64,000 nt of DNA from Desulfovibrio sp. (lineage in GTDB: Bacteria; Desulfobacterota; Desulfovibrionia; Desulfovibrionales; Desulfovibrionaceae): NCBI GenBank assembly GCA_047602655.1, contig JASGGT010000001.1, positions 5,453 through 69,452 on the forward strand. Reading direction: 5' to 3'. A program made the position numbers and the translations under genes. How positions within the stretch are numbered: the first letter of the stretch is position 1; each line of letters opens with the position of its first letter. This document shows positions 19,155 through 28,535 of this stretch, in pieces. The notes beneath the pieces are model-generated. The model saw only the letters and a program-made list of their open reading frames with translations. It was not told where the DNA came from and made no database searches.

Positions 19155-19598
19155 AGTAGCTCCTTGAACAGCTCACGTTGAAATAGCCGCTTAACGGCGG
19201 GCAAAGCCAGCCTGCGCCTATTTTGCGCAAGGATTTGCAGGCAATCCTTGTCGCGCACTTCAAGCATGAAATGCTCTTGCCGCCGGACACGTTGTACCGC
19301 TTGTGCGACGGCAGCCTCTGTGAAAGGGACTCCGGCTGGAACCCGCCGTTGTACAGCGAGGCTCCAGCCGGTGCGAAAGAAAAAATTTCAGGCTGTTACA
19401 CACTCGGTGCAAAAGTTTGCCAGCGCGCAAGCAGCCCAAAATCATACAAGGGTAACGTGGAGTTGCGGGAATTTTTGTTTCCTGCCAAGGATGGCGCGTT
19501 TGGGCGGCGCGAAGTGTATACGAACATACATGAGCGCCGCACCAAGCAAGCCAGACGCAGGCAGGGGGCAAAAAGGCCGCAAGTCCGCGTTACCCTGT

Positions 19599-19985
19599 CT
19601 AATGCTTTTCGGTGGCGCAATGAGCCTCGTAAGCCGCCGCGTCCAGCAGACCGCCGGGCTTGTGGGCCAGCTTGACGCGCACAATCCAGCCCTCGCCAAA
19701 GGGATCGCTGTTGCAAAGTTCGGGGGTGTTTTCCAGAGCTTCGTTCACGGCCACAACTTCGCCCGTAACGGGAGAAATCAGATCGCTGGCGGCCTTGACC
19801 GATTCCACAGAACCGAATTCCTTGTCTTCAGAAAGCTGATCGCCCACGGGGGGCAGTTCCACGTAGGTGATGTCGCCAAGGGATTCCTGAGCAAAACTGG
19901 TGATGCCGATGACGGCCTCGTCCCCTTCGATGCGGGTCCATTCGTGGCTGGTGCTGTACAGAATATCGGCGGGATTGGTAGCCAT
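19599..19985 (-). CDS. gcvH: glycine cleavage system H protein
   Basis: Lipoyl-lysine motif ([13 protein letters not shown]). ATG at 19985 lies 7 nt after GGAG. Confidence 0.9.
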   Translation of the reverse strand: MATNPADILYSTSHEWTRIEGDEAVIGITSFAQESLGDITYVELPPVGDQLSEDKEFGSVESVKAASDLISPVTGEVVAVNEALENTPELCNSDPFGEGWIVRVKLAHKPGGLLDAAAYEAHCATEKH

Positions 19986-20082
19986 GTGCAAACTCCTGAA
20001 AAATTGGGTTCAATCGTTATAAAAATTACGCTGTTCTGCGGTGTGTGCCGTGCGATGCGGCCCGCGCAGATCAACGACCGTA

Positions 20083-21165
20083 TCAGGCCAGTTTTTTACG
20101 CGCGGTGCCTTCGGTGTAGAACGGCGCTTCAACCCGCGCGGCGGGCAGTTCCGTTCTGGCGGCGCGAACAACAAAATTCTCGGCTCCGGCATGCGCGGCC
20201 TTGACCCAGGCAAAGGCGATCACATAGCCCAGCGAGGGCGCAAACGAACCACTGGTCACATGGCCCACTTCCGTGCCGTCAGTAAGGGCTACCACATCAC
20301 CGTGGCGGGCGGCGCGGCGACCATCAATGCGCAGGGGCACCAGCACTTCGGCGATCTTCTGCGCGCCTTCGCGGCCCACATAGTCGGCGGTGCTGGTCAT
20401 CATGCGGCCCATACCGGCCTCGGCGGGGCTGTGATTCTCGTCCAGATCGTGCCCATACAGGGGCAGGCCAGCCTCAAGACGCAGGGTATCGCGCGCGCCA
20501 AGGCCTATGGGCTTGACGCGTTCGTCAGCCAGCAGGGCGCTCCAGAAAGCCTCGGTCACGGAGCTCTCAATGTACAGTTCGTAGCCCAGCTCGCCAGTAT
20601 AGCCGGTGCGGCTCACCAGCAGGGGCGTGCCCTGCCAGGTGGTTTCACGGAAACCAAAGTAGCCGAGGTCGTGGAAATTCTGGCCCAGCAGCTTTTCGAG
20701 CACGTCCAGGGATTCCGGTCCCTGAAGGTCGATCTTGCCTGTTTCTGCGGAAATGTCGGTCATTTTGACGCTCTGGGGCAGACGGGCGCGCAGCACAGCG
20801 AAGTCGTTGGCGGCGCAGGCGGCGTTGACCACGGCCATGAAGGAATCAGGGCCGAAACGGTAGATGATTCCATCGTCCAGCACGCCGCCCTTTTCGTTGA
20901 GCAAAAAACCATAGCGGCACTTGCCGGGGGCAAGGGTCTGAAGGTTGTGGCTCACGGCCTTGCTCAAGGCTTCGTCCGCGCCGGGGCCTTCAATAAGAAA
21001 CTCGCCCATGTGGCAGATGTCAAAAAGGCCTGCATGCTGGCGGGTGTGCTGATGCTCTACAATAATACCCTCATACTGGATGGGCATGAGCCACCCGGCG
21101 AAGGGGGCCATTTTTGCGCCATGCGCCTCGTGCCAGGCAGTGAGGGGGGTACGCAGATCCGACAT
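20083..21165 (-). CDS. gcvT: aminomethyltransferase (glycine cleavage T protein)
   Basis: 360 aa, TPLTAWHEAHGAKMAPFAGWLMPIQY, typical GcvT. AAGGAG RBS. Confidence 0.9.
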   Translation of the reverse strand: MSDLRTPLTAWHEAHGAKMAPFAGWLMPIQYEGIIVEHQHTRQHAGLFDICHMGEFLIEGPGADEALSKAVSHNLQTLAPGKCRYGFLLNEKGGVLDDGIIYRFGPDSFMAVVNAACAANDFAVLRARLPQSVKMTDISAETGKIDLQGPESLDVLEKLLGQNFHDLGYFGFRETTWQGTPLLVSRTGYTGELGYELYIESSVTEAFWSALLADERVKPIGLGARDTLRLEAGLPLYGHDLDENHSPAEAGMGRMMTSTADYVGREGAQKIAEVLVPLRIDGRRAARHGDVVALTDGTEVGHVTSGSFAPSLGYVIAFAWVKAAHAGAENFVVRAARTELPAARVEAPFYTEGTARKKLA

Positions 21166-21414
21166 GGAATCTCCTTGAAGTTGGGCAAACAGCTTGCGCT
21201 GACGCTATAGAGGACGCGCCGATGCGACCTTGCCGCTGCAATTGCTGCGGCAAGCCGGACAAGGTGCGGGCAACCACTGAAATATCTTTCAAAAACATTA
21301 CCAAGCCACCGTTTCGAGCGGCTTTGGACATGGTATCACTTCTGCCATGCGGACACAAGAACAGACCCTTGCAAGGCCAGTCGCGCAGCTGGGGCTGACG
21401 GGATCAGCAGAGCG

Positions 21415-22248
21415 TTATTCCTGCGCTGGCAGGCCGAAAAACCGGCGGGCATTGTCGCCGCAGGTGCGCCAGAGGTCTTCGGGATTTTCTCCCCGCGCTT
21501 CGGCCATGGCTCGCACGGTAAACACCGTATAGCACGGCTCGTTGCGCTTGCCCCGCCACGGCAGGGGCGCAAGATAGGGGGCGTCGGTTTCCAGCAGCAG
21601 ACGGTCGGCGGGGATAAGGGCCACGGCCTCGCGCAGGGCCACATTGGCCTTGTAGGTGACGGGGCCGGGAATGGATATGTGCCAGCCGTTGCGCAGAATG
21701 CGCCGCGCAATTTCCGGCCCCTGACCAAAGCAGTGCCACAAGAGCGGATACCCGGCAAAGCCCTCGGCCTCCAGCGTCATGAGCGTTTCTTCCTCTGCCT
21801 CGCGGCAGTGAATGACCACCGGACGTTCCACGGCACGGGCCAGAGCAAGCTGATCTCGCAGGGCCTGATACTGGATTTCCCTCGGGCAGTCAGGCCAGTA
21901 AAAATCCAGCCCTATTTCGCCCACGGCCTTGAGCCGGGTGTCAGCGACAAAAGCGGCGCGCATGGCGGCAAGGCGCTCCTGCGTGCACTTCTGCCCATCG
22001 CAGGGGTGTATGCCCAGAAGAAAAAAGACTTCGGGGTGGGCGTCAAAATAAGCACGGCGGGAGTGATACTCTTCCGGCCCCAGAAAAACATTGCCCACCT
22101 GAGCAATACCTGACGCGCGAGCGCGTTCAAGCACGGCATCGCGATCCGCATCAAATTCCTGACCATCAAGGTGCGCGTGGCTGTCCACCCCGGCAAGGGG
22201 CAGGGCCAGAGTCAGGGGATCAATGCGAACGGCTGATTTTTTCGACAT
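21415..22248 (-). CDS. TatD-family metal-dependent hydrolase
   Basis: GVDSHAHLD...EIGLDFYW...VIHCREA...ETDAPYL are TatD metal-ligand motifs. Confidence 0.85.
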   Translation of the reverse strand: MSKKSAVRIDPLTLALPLAGVDSHAHLDGQEFDADRDAVLERARASGIAQVGNVFLGPEEYHSRRAYFDAHPEVFFLLGIHPCDGQKCTQERLAAMRAAFVADTRLKAVGEIGLDFYWPDCPREIQYQALRDQLALARAVERPVVIHCREAEEETLMTLEAEGFAGYPLLWHCFGQGPEIARRILRNGWHISIPGPVTYKANVALREAVALIPADRLLLETDAPYLAPLPWRGKRNEPCYTVFTVRAMAEARGENPEDLWRTCGDNARRFFGLPAQE

Positions 22249-22377
22249 GGTTTACCTCGCGGCCGATACATAGCAACGGGCGCAGGCGAAAGGCAAGGGG
22301 CCAGTCACCGGCAGCAGACATCCCTGCGGGCAGCCGCCATTGCAAAGCCCGGACAATGGGGCTATGCTTTGGAGGAT

Positions 22378-22405
22378 TTGCCAGTTTTTACTGGTTTCCT
22401 ATACT
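22378..22405 (+). promoter_or_regulatory. possible sigma70-type promoter
   Basis: TTGCCA (22378-22383), 16 nt, TATACT (22400-22405). It is very close to the ATG at 22421, so the leader would be very short. Confidence 0.3.
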
Positions 22406-22420
22406 TTTTTTGGGGGAATC

Positions 22421-23377
22421 ATGCATCTCCGCAAACGCATTCTTGTCACCGGCGGTTCCGGCTTTTTGGGTTCGCACCTGTGCGAACGCCTGCTCAACGA
22501 AGGGCACGAAGTGCTCTGCGTGGACAATTTCTTTTCCAGCGCCCGCGCCAACGTGGAAGCGCTCATGGATAACCGCAGGTTTGAGCTTATCCGCCACGAC
22601 GTGACCTTTCCCCTCTATGTAGAGGTGGATGAAATTTACAATCTGGCCTGCCCGGCCTCGCCCATCCATTATCAGCACGACCCGGTGCAGACCATCAAGA
22701 CCTGCGTTCACGGCGCGATCAACATGCTGGGCCTGGCCAAAAGGCTTGGCGCGCGCATTTATCAGGCATCCACCAGTGAAGTGTACGGCGACCCCGAGAT
22801 ACACCCGCAGCAGGAAAGCTACTGGGGGCATGTGAACCCCAACGGCATCCGCTCCTGCTACGATGAAGGCAAGCGCTGCGCCGAAGCCCTGTTCTTTGCC
22901 TACTGGCGTCAGGGCGGCCTGCCCATCAAGGTGGGACGCATCTTCAATACCTACGGGCCCAAGATGCACCCCAACGATGGCCGCGTGGTCTCCAACTTCA
23001 TCATCCAGGCGCTCAAGGGTGAACCCATCACCATTTACGGCGATGGCTCCCAGACCCGCTCCTTCTGCTATGTGGACGACCTTGTGGAATGCATGATCCG
23101 CTTCATGGCCTCGGCCGATGATTTTGTGGGCCCCATGAACATGGGCAACCCCGGCGAATTCACCATCCGCGAACTGGCCGAAAAGGTCGTGGAAATGACC
23201 GGCAGCAAGTCCGTGATTTCTTACGAACCCCTGCCCGGCGACGACCCCAAGCAGCGCAAGCCCGACATCACCCTGGCCCGCGAAAAGCTTGGCTGGGAAC
23301 CCAAGGTAGCCCTTGCGGAAGGCCTGGTAAAAACCATCGCCTACTTTGAAAAGCAGCTGAAAGACGGCCTGGCGTAG
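22421..23377 (+). CDS. UDP-glucuronate decarboxylase (UXS-type NAD-dependent SDR)
   Basis: [14 protein letters not shown] Rossmann motif, YDEGKR catalytic motif, strong UXS-like sequence throughout. Confidence 0.85.
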   Translation: MHLRKRILVTGGSGFLGSHLCERLLNEGHEVLCVDNFFSSARANVEALMDNRRFELIRHDVTFPLYVEVDEIYNLACPASPIHYQHDPVQTIKTCVHGAINMLGLAKRLGARIYQASTSEVYGDPEIHPQQESYWGHVNPNGIRSCYDEGKRCAEALFFAYWRQGGLPIKVGRIFNTYGPKMHPNDGRVVSNFIIQALKGEPITIYGDGSQTRSFCYVDDLVECMIRFMASADDFVGPMNMGNPGEFTIRELAEKVVEMTGSKSVISYEPLPGDDPKQRKPDITLAREKLGWEPKVALAEGLVKTIAYFEKQLKDGLA

Positions 23378-23391
23378 GTATTCCGGCAGTC

Positions 23392-25452
23392 ATGTTCCTT
23401 TTTATCACGGCCATCGGCATATTGGCGGCAACAGCCGTGCTGTGCGCACTTTTGGCCGTGCGCCCGCCCTCAAAGGCAACCGGACGCGCGGCCAATGCGG
23501 CTGGCGTTATCGGGGCCTTTGCGGGCTGTTTTGCTGGTTTGTGCGCCCTTGCTTCCGGCCCATGGGCCGGGCAGGAGAGCCTGCGTCTGCCTCTGGCCTT
23601 GCCCGTGGGTTCCTGCGCCCTGGGCATGGATGCCCTGAGCCGCCTGTTTTTGCTGCCAGTGTTTGGTCTGGGTTTTGTTTGCGCCGCCTCGGGTGGCATT
23701 GCCCTGCGGCATGAAGAACCGGAGCGCCACAATCTTGCGGCGCACTGGTTCTTTTTTCATATGCTGCTGATCGGCCTTGCCCTGGTGATGACCGCGCGCG
23801 ATGCCGTGCTGTTCATGCTGGCCTGGGAAATCATGTCGCTGGCGCCCTTCTTTCTTATTGATTTCAATGACGGCGACAGCAAGGTACGCGACGCCTCATG
23901 GGTATACCTTGTGGCTGCGCATCTGGGCGCTGTGGCCCTGATGGCCTTCTTTACCCTGCTGTGGCAGGTCACGGGCAACACTTCGCTGGATGCCCTCCAG
24001 GGCGGAGCTGTGCTCGCGAGGGTACTCGAACAGGCGCAGGGCTATTATGGCCCCGGCCTGCTCACGGTGCTGTTTGTGCTGGCTCTTGTCGGTTTTGGAG
24101 CCAAAGCGGGGCTTGCGCCCCTGCACGTATGGCTGCCCGAGGCGCACCCTGCCGCGCCAAGCCATGTTTCGGCCCTGCTCTCCGGGGCCATGATCAATGC
24201 TGGATTTTACGGCATGATCCGTAGCGTGGGCATGCTGGCACCTGCGGGCGCGGCACCTGAATGGTGGGGTTGGGCGCTGCTGTTGCTGGGGCTCGCCACC
24301 GGCCTCATGGGAATTTTGAAAGCCACGGCCCAAAGCAACCTCAAAAGGTTGCTCGCCTATTCCAGCGTGGAAAACATGGGCCTGATGGTCATGGGTCTGG
24401 GTGCCGGGCTTATCGGCCAGAGCTGCGGCAATGCGTGGATTGCTGTACTGGGCTTTTCCGGCGCGCTGCTGCACATGCTCAACCACTCTGCATTCAAGGG
24501 GCTGCTGTTCCTGTGCGCAGGCGAAGTGCTGCACGCCACAGGGACCATACGCATGCAGCATCTGGGCGGTCTGCAAAAACGTCTGCCTCTGCTTGGCGCG
24601 GCCTTTGCCATAGGTGCAGCGGCCATTGCCTGCCTGCCGCCTTTTAACGGATTTGCGGGCGAGCTTGTGCTGGGCCTTTCCCTGCTGGACGGCCCCGCGC
24701 TTTTTGGCGTGGAGCGTCAGGTGGGGCTGCTGCTCGCCCTGGCGGGCCTTGCCTGCATCAGCGGCCTTGCGGCGGCCCTGTACGCCAAAGCCTACGGCAT
24801 CGCCTTTCTGGGTGAGCCGCGCTCCGGCTTTGCCGCCAACGTGCGCCCACTTTCGTGGCGCACGCTCTGGCCCCTGGCCCTGCCCGCCGCCGCATGCCTG
24901 GCGGGCGGTCTGGCCGCGCCTCGGGTTTTCGAGCTGGCCGCCGGGGCCGCCCAAAGCGCCCTGCCCTTGCCGCAGGCGCTTCAGCAGGCCGGTCTGGCCG
25001 GCCTGACCCAGGCGCATGCGAGCCTTGCCGCAGTGGCAAAAATCGGCGGCGCTGGCCTTGGGCTGGCCTTGCTGATCCTTTTTGTTCGCCGCTGCCTGCT
25101 TAAAAAACGCGCTGTGGAATCCATGCCCACCTGGGGCTGCGGCTTTCAGGGCGGATCTGCCCGCATTCAATACACGGACGCGGCCTTCTCAGAACCCACG
25201 GCAAAGATATTTGCTCCTGTCATGGGCCTCAAGACACGCCTGCAACTGGATGATGGGCTGTTTCCCAAGGGCGGACAACTGAGCGTCACCGCGCCCGACC
25301 GCCTGCGCAGCGGCCTGTTCACCCCCCTGTTTGCAGCGGTGGAAAGCCTGTGCAATGCCTGCAAGGTTATTCAGCACGGCAAAATCCACCTGTATATTTT
25401 GTACATTCTCGCCACGCTGGTGGCGCTGCTCGTGTGGGGGCTGCACTCATGA
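23392..25452 (+). CDS. HyfB/NuoL-like antiporter-type membrane subunit (EhrA-like)
   Basis: 686 aa, with proton-conducting-membrane-transporter motifs (FGAKAGLAPLHVWLPEAHPAAPSHVSALLSGAMIN; LAYSSVENMG). Confidence 0.85.
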   Translation: MFLFITAIGILAATAVLCALLAVRPPSKATGRAANAAGVIGAFAGCFAGLCALASGPWAGQESLRLPLALPVGSCALGMDALSRLFLLPVFGLGFVCAASGGIALRHEEPERHNLAAHWFFFHMLLIGLALVMTARDAVLFMLAWEIMSLAPFFLIDFNDGDSKVRDASWVYLVAAHLGAVALMAFFTLLWQVTGNTSLDALQGGAVLARVLEQAQGYYGPGLLTVLFVLALVGFGAKAGLAPLHVWLPEAHPAAPSHVSALLSGAMINAGFYGMIRSVGMLAPAGAAPEWWGWALLLLGLATGLMGILKATAQSNLKRLLAYSSVENMGLMVMGLGAGLIGQSCGNAWIAVLGFSGALLHMLNHSAFKGLLFLCAGEVLHATGTIRMQHLGGLQKRLPLLGAAFAIGAAAIACLPPFNGFAGELVLGLSLLDGPALFGVERQVGLLLALAGLACISGLAAALYAKAYGIAFLGEPRSGFAANVRPLSWRTLWPLALPAAACLAGGLAAPRVFELAAGAAQSALPLPQALQQAGLAGLTQAHASLAAVAKIGGAGLGLALLILFVRRCLLKKRAVESMPTWGCGFQGGSARIQYTDAAFSEPTAKIFAPVMGLKTRLQLDDGLFPKGGQLSVTAPDRLRSGLFTPLFAAVESLCNACKVIQHGKIHLYILYILATLVALLVWGLHS

Positions 25453-26396
25453 AAGCCGAGCTTGCGGTCTATCTTACGCAGTTTGCCCTGTCCCTGATTC
25501 TGGCCCCCCTGCTGCCCGGCATCATCAACCGGGTCAAGGCCAAATTTGCCGGACGCCACGGCAAGCCAGTGCTGCAAACCTACTATGATATCGCCAAACT
25601 GCTGCGCAAGGGCGAGGTGATCAGCCGCACATCCACATGGATATTTGCCGCCGCCCCCTCCATATCCCTGGCAGGCGCAATCTGCGCTCTGGCCCTGCTG
25701 CCCCTCGGCGGTGCGGTTTCGCCATTGGCGTTTGCGGGCGACTTTGTGCTGGCCGCCTATCTGCTGGGCATGGGGCGCTTTGCCGTCATGCTTGGCGCAC
25801 TGGATACTGGCTCGGCATTTGAAGGCATGGGCGCAAGCCGCGAGGCCACATTCTCCGCCCTTGCGGAACCCGTATTTTTTCTGGCGCTCATGGTGCTCAC
25901 AAGTCTGTGCCTCGGCCTTGGGCACGGCACAGATACTGCCTTCAGCCTCTCCACCATGTTTGGCGGGCAGACCGCCGGGGCATGGCTGACAGGCAAGGGC
26001 GAGCTGCTGCTTCTGCCCGTGATCTTTTTTGTGCTGCTGCTGGTGGAAAACTGCCGCATCCCGGTGGACGACCCCAATACGCACCTTGAACTGACCATGA
26101 TCCATGAAGTCATGGTGCTTGACCATTCCGGCCCCAATCTGGCCCTGATACTTTACGGCGCCGCCCTCAAACTGTGGTTTTTCGCCGCGCTGATCGCGGG
26201 CCTGATCACCCCTGCGCTGCCCCTGTGGGAGCAACTGGGCATACGCCTTGGCATTGTGCTGCTGCTGGCCGTGGTTGTGGGCATTGTGGAATCCATCATG
26301 GCCCGCCTGCGCATGGAGCGCGTACCCTACCTGCTCGGCGCAGCAGCGGGCATGGGCATGCTCACGCTTATTCTGACCCAGGCGAGGTTGCCATGA
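25449..26396 (+). CDS. HyfC/HycD/NuoH-like membrane subunit (EhrB-like)
   Basis: 315 aa. The ATG overlaps the upstream stop (ATGA). INRVKAKFAGRHGKPVLQTYYDIAKLLRKGE is typical of the HycD/NuoH family. Confidence 0.85.
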   Translation: MKAELAVYLTQFALSLILAPLLPGIINRVKAKFAGRHGKPVLQTYYDIAKLLRKGEVISRTSTWIFAAAPSISLAGAICALALLPLGGAVSPLAFAGDFVLAAYLLGMGRFAVMLGALDTGSAFEGMGASREATFSALAEPVFFLALMVLTSLCLGLGHGTDTAFSLSTMFGGQTAGAWLTGKGELLLLPVIFFVLLLVENCRIPVDDPNTHLELTMIHEVMVLDHSGPNLALILYGAALKLWFFAALIAGLITPALPLWEQLGIRLGIVLLLAVVVGIVESIMARLRMERVPYLLGAAAGMGMLTLILTQARLP

Positions 26397-27016
26397 CCAC
26401 GCTTTTGCAGTCCTGCCTTTTCCTTCTGGTATTGAGCAATTTTCTGCTGCTCGGAACGCGCCGCGTTGCGGGCATGACGCGGTTGACCGCCTTTCAGGGC
26501 GTATTGCTGGCAGCCCTGCTGCTGAGCCTTGACCATGCCCTGCTGGCCGGTGCCGTATTGCTGATCAAGGGCGCACTATTGCCCGGTCTTTTGTGGCGCA
26601 CCCAAAAACGGCTGCCCGCCGACGCCCTGATCTGCCCCGCCCGCCGCGTGGGCTTTGGCGTACTTGCAGGCATGGCCGGTCTGGTATTTTCCATCTGGCT
26701 GGACGGCAAGCTGGTCATGCCGCTGGGTCTTTACCCGCCCTTGCTGCTGCCCACCGGGCTGGCAACGCTGTTTTGCGGATTTATCCTCATTGTAGGGCGC
26801 ATCAAGGCCATCACCCAGGTCATCGGCTATCTGGTGGCGGAAAACGGCATCTTTCTGCTGGGCGTACCGCTCATGACAGGCGGCACGGTGTGGTTTGAAC
26901 TGGCCCTCCTGCTGGACGTTTTTGTGGCCGTGTTTGTTATGGGCATAGCCATCAACCATATCAGCGATTCCTTCGCCTCCATTGACGTGGCGCGGTTCCG
27001 CAGCCTCAGGGATTAG
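26393..27016 (+). CDS. HyfE/NuoK-like small membrane subunit (EhrC-like)
   Basis: 207 aa with about 6 TM helices. ATGA overlap with the upstream gene. The track ORF start at 26174 lies inside the preceding gene. Confidence 0.75.
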   Translation: MTTLLQSCLFLLVLSNFLLLGTRRVAGMTRLTAFQGVLLAALLLSLDHALLAGAVLLIKGALLPGLLWRTQKRLPADALICPARRVGFGVLAGMAGLVFSIWLDGKLVMPLGLYPPLLLPTGLATLFCGFILIVGRIKAITQVIGYLVAENGIFLLGVPLMTGGTVWFELALLLDVFVAVFVMGIAINHISDSFASIDVARFRSLRD

Positions 27017-27025
27017 GACGAGCGC

Positions 27026-28522
27026 ATGCTGACAGCACTTCTTTTCATACCCCTGTGTTCAGGCTGCATCATGCTGCTCTGGGGCCGCGCCGTCGTCTGC
27101 CGCCTCGGCCTGCCGCTCACGGCACTGGCGCACACGACCCTTGCCGCCGCAATTGCCGTCAGGGTCGCGCGCGGAGAAGCCCCCTCGGAGCTTGGCGGCC
27201 TGCTGGCCCCGGACGCTCTGGGCGTGCTGTTTCTGATGCTGGCCAGCCTGCTGTTTCTTGCCGCATCGTTCTATGCCGTGCATTACCTGCGGGAAGAAGA
27301 ACGCATCGGCGAGCACACCAATATTCTGGATCACGGGCGCTTCACCAATGCGCCGGAGCGCCGCTTCACGGCCTGCCTATGCTTTTTTCTCGGGGCCATG
27401 ACACTTGTGACCATCACGCCGCACATGGGCGCGCAGTGGGTGGGCATTGAGGCTACCACGCTTTCCAGCGCCCAGCTCATTTATTTTCACCGTCACAAGA
27501 GCTCACTGGAAGCCACCTGGAAGTACCTGATCATATGCTCCGTGGGCATTGCCCTGGCCCTTCTGGGCAACATACTGCTTTCCGTGTCGTTCCACGGTGC
27601 GGAAGGGGCCAATGGAGCAGCTGACGGCATGGATCAGGTGGGCTGGTTTGTGCGCAACGCGGCACTTGCCGAACCCACGTGGCTCAAGGCGGCCTTTGTT
27701 TTTCTGCTGGTGGGCTACGGCACCAAGATGGGCCTTGCCCCTCTGCACAACTGGCTGCCCGATGCGCACAGTCAGGCCCCTTCGCTGGTTTCGGCCCTGC
27801 TTTCGGGCGCGCTGCTCAACTGCGCCATGCTGGGCATGCTGCGCGGGCACCAGATCATGCTGGCTGCGGGGCTTGGCGGGCTTTCAGGCGGCATGATCAT
27901 GTTTTTCGGTATTCTTTCGCTCATGACAGCCGCCATCTTTATTGTGGGGCAAGGCCACTACAAGCGCATGCTGGCATATTCCAGCGTTGAACACATGGGC
28001 ATTCTGGCTCTGGGCATTGGCGTGGGCGGCGTGGCTGTGCCCGGCGCAATGCTGCATGCGGTCTGCCATTCGCTCACCAAGTGCATGCTCTTTCTGCTTT
28101 CGGGCAACATTCTTGCCCGCTATCACACCTATTCCAGCTACGACGTGCACGGCATGCGCTGGACCATGCCCGCCACCGCGGCCCTGTGGACAGCCGGATT
28201 TCTGGCTGTGGCCGGATCGCCGCCCTTTGGGCTTTTTGTCAGTGAACTACTCATCTTCAAAGGGATGCTGGCAGCAGACCTGCCCTGGCTTTCCGCCGGA
28301 TATCTGGTGCTTCTGGCCATAATATTTGTGGGGCTTTCCGTGTCGGTGCTGCGCATGGTGCAGGGCAACCGCCCTGTGGATCTGCCGCCTGCAAGCTCCG
28401 AGCCTGTGCTGAGCGTCCTGCCGCCTCTGGTGCTGGGGCTGGCCGTGCTGACTCTGGGCCTGTGGATTCCTGACTGGCTGTGGAATTTTCTTAACCGCGC
28501 CGCTGCGCTCATAGGCGCGTAA
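27026..28522 (+). CDS. HyfF/NuoN/NuoM-like antiporter-type membrane subunit (EhrD-like)
   Basis: 498 aa, GTKMGLAPLHNWLPDAHSQAPSLVSALLSGALLN and LAYSSVEHMG. Confidence 0.85.
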   Translation: MLTALLFIPLCSGCIMLLWGRAVVCRLGLPLTALAHTTLAAAIAVRVARGEAPSELGGLLAPDALGVLFLMLASLLFLAASFYAVHYLREEERIGEHTNILDHGRFTNAPERRFTACLCFFLGAMTLVTITPHMGAQWVGIEATTLSSAQLIYFHRHKSSLEATWKYLIICSVGIALALLGNILLSVSFHGAEGANGAADGMDQVGWFVRNAALAEPTWLKAAFVFLLVGYGTKMGLAPLHNWLPDAHSQAPSLVSALLSGALLNCAMLGMLRGHQIMLAAGLGGLSGGMIMFFGILSLMTAAIFIVGQGHYKRMLAYSSVEHMGILALGIGVGGVAVPGAMLHAVCHSLTKCMLFLLSGNILARYHTYSSYDVHGMRWTMPATAALWTAGFLAVAGSPPFGLFVSELLIFKGMLAADLPWLSAGYLVLLAIIFVGLSVSVLRMVQGNRPVDLPPASSEPVLSVLPPLVLGLAVLTLGLWIPDWLWNFLNRAAALIGA

Positions 28523-28535
28523 GCGCCAAAGGCCG

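Noticed and set aside
19408-19422. sigma54-like sequence TGGCAAACTTTTGCA (minus strand) in the gcvH-gcvPA spacer
   Set aside because: The GG-to-GC spacing is one nucleotide short of the canonical -24/-12 geometry, which sigma54 tolerates poorly.
21166-21414. Expected glycine riboswitch upstream of gcvT
   Set aside because: Reading the minus strand, I found none of the conserved blocks (CUCUGGAGAG, CACCGAAGGGGCAA, CUCAGGCAAAAGGAC). A covariance-model scan would be needed to be certain.
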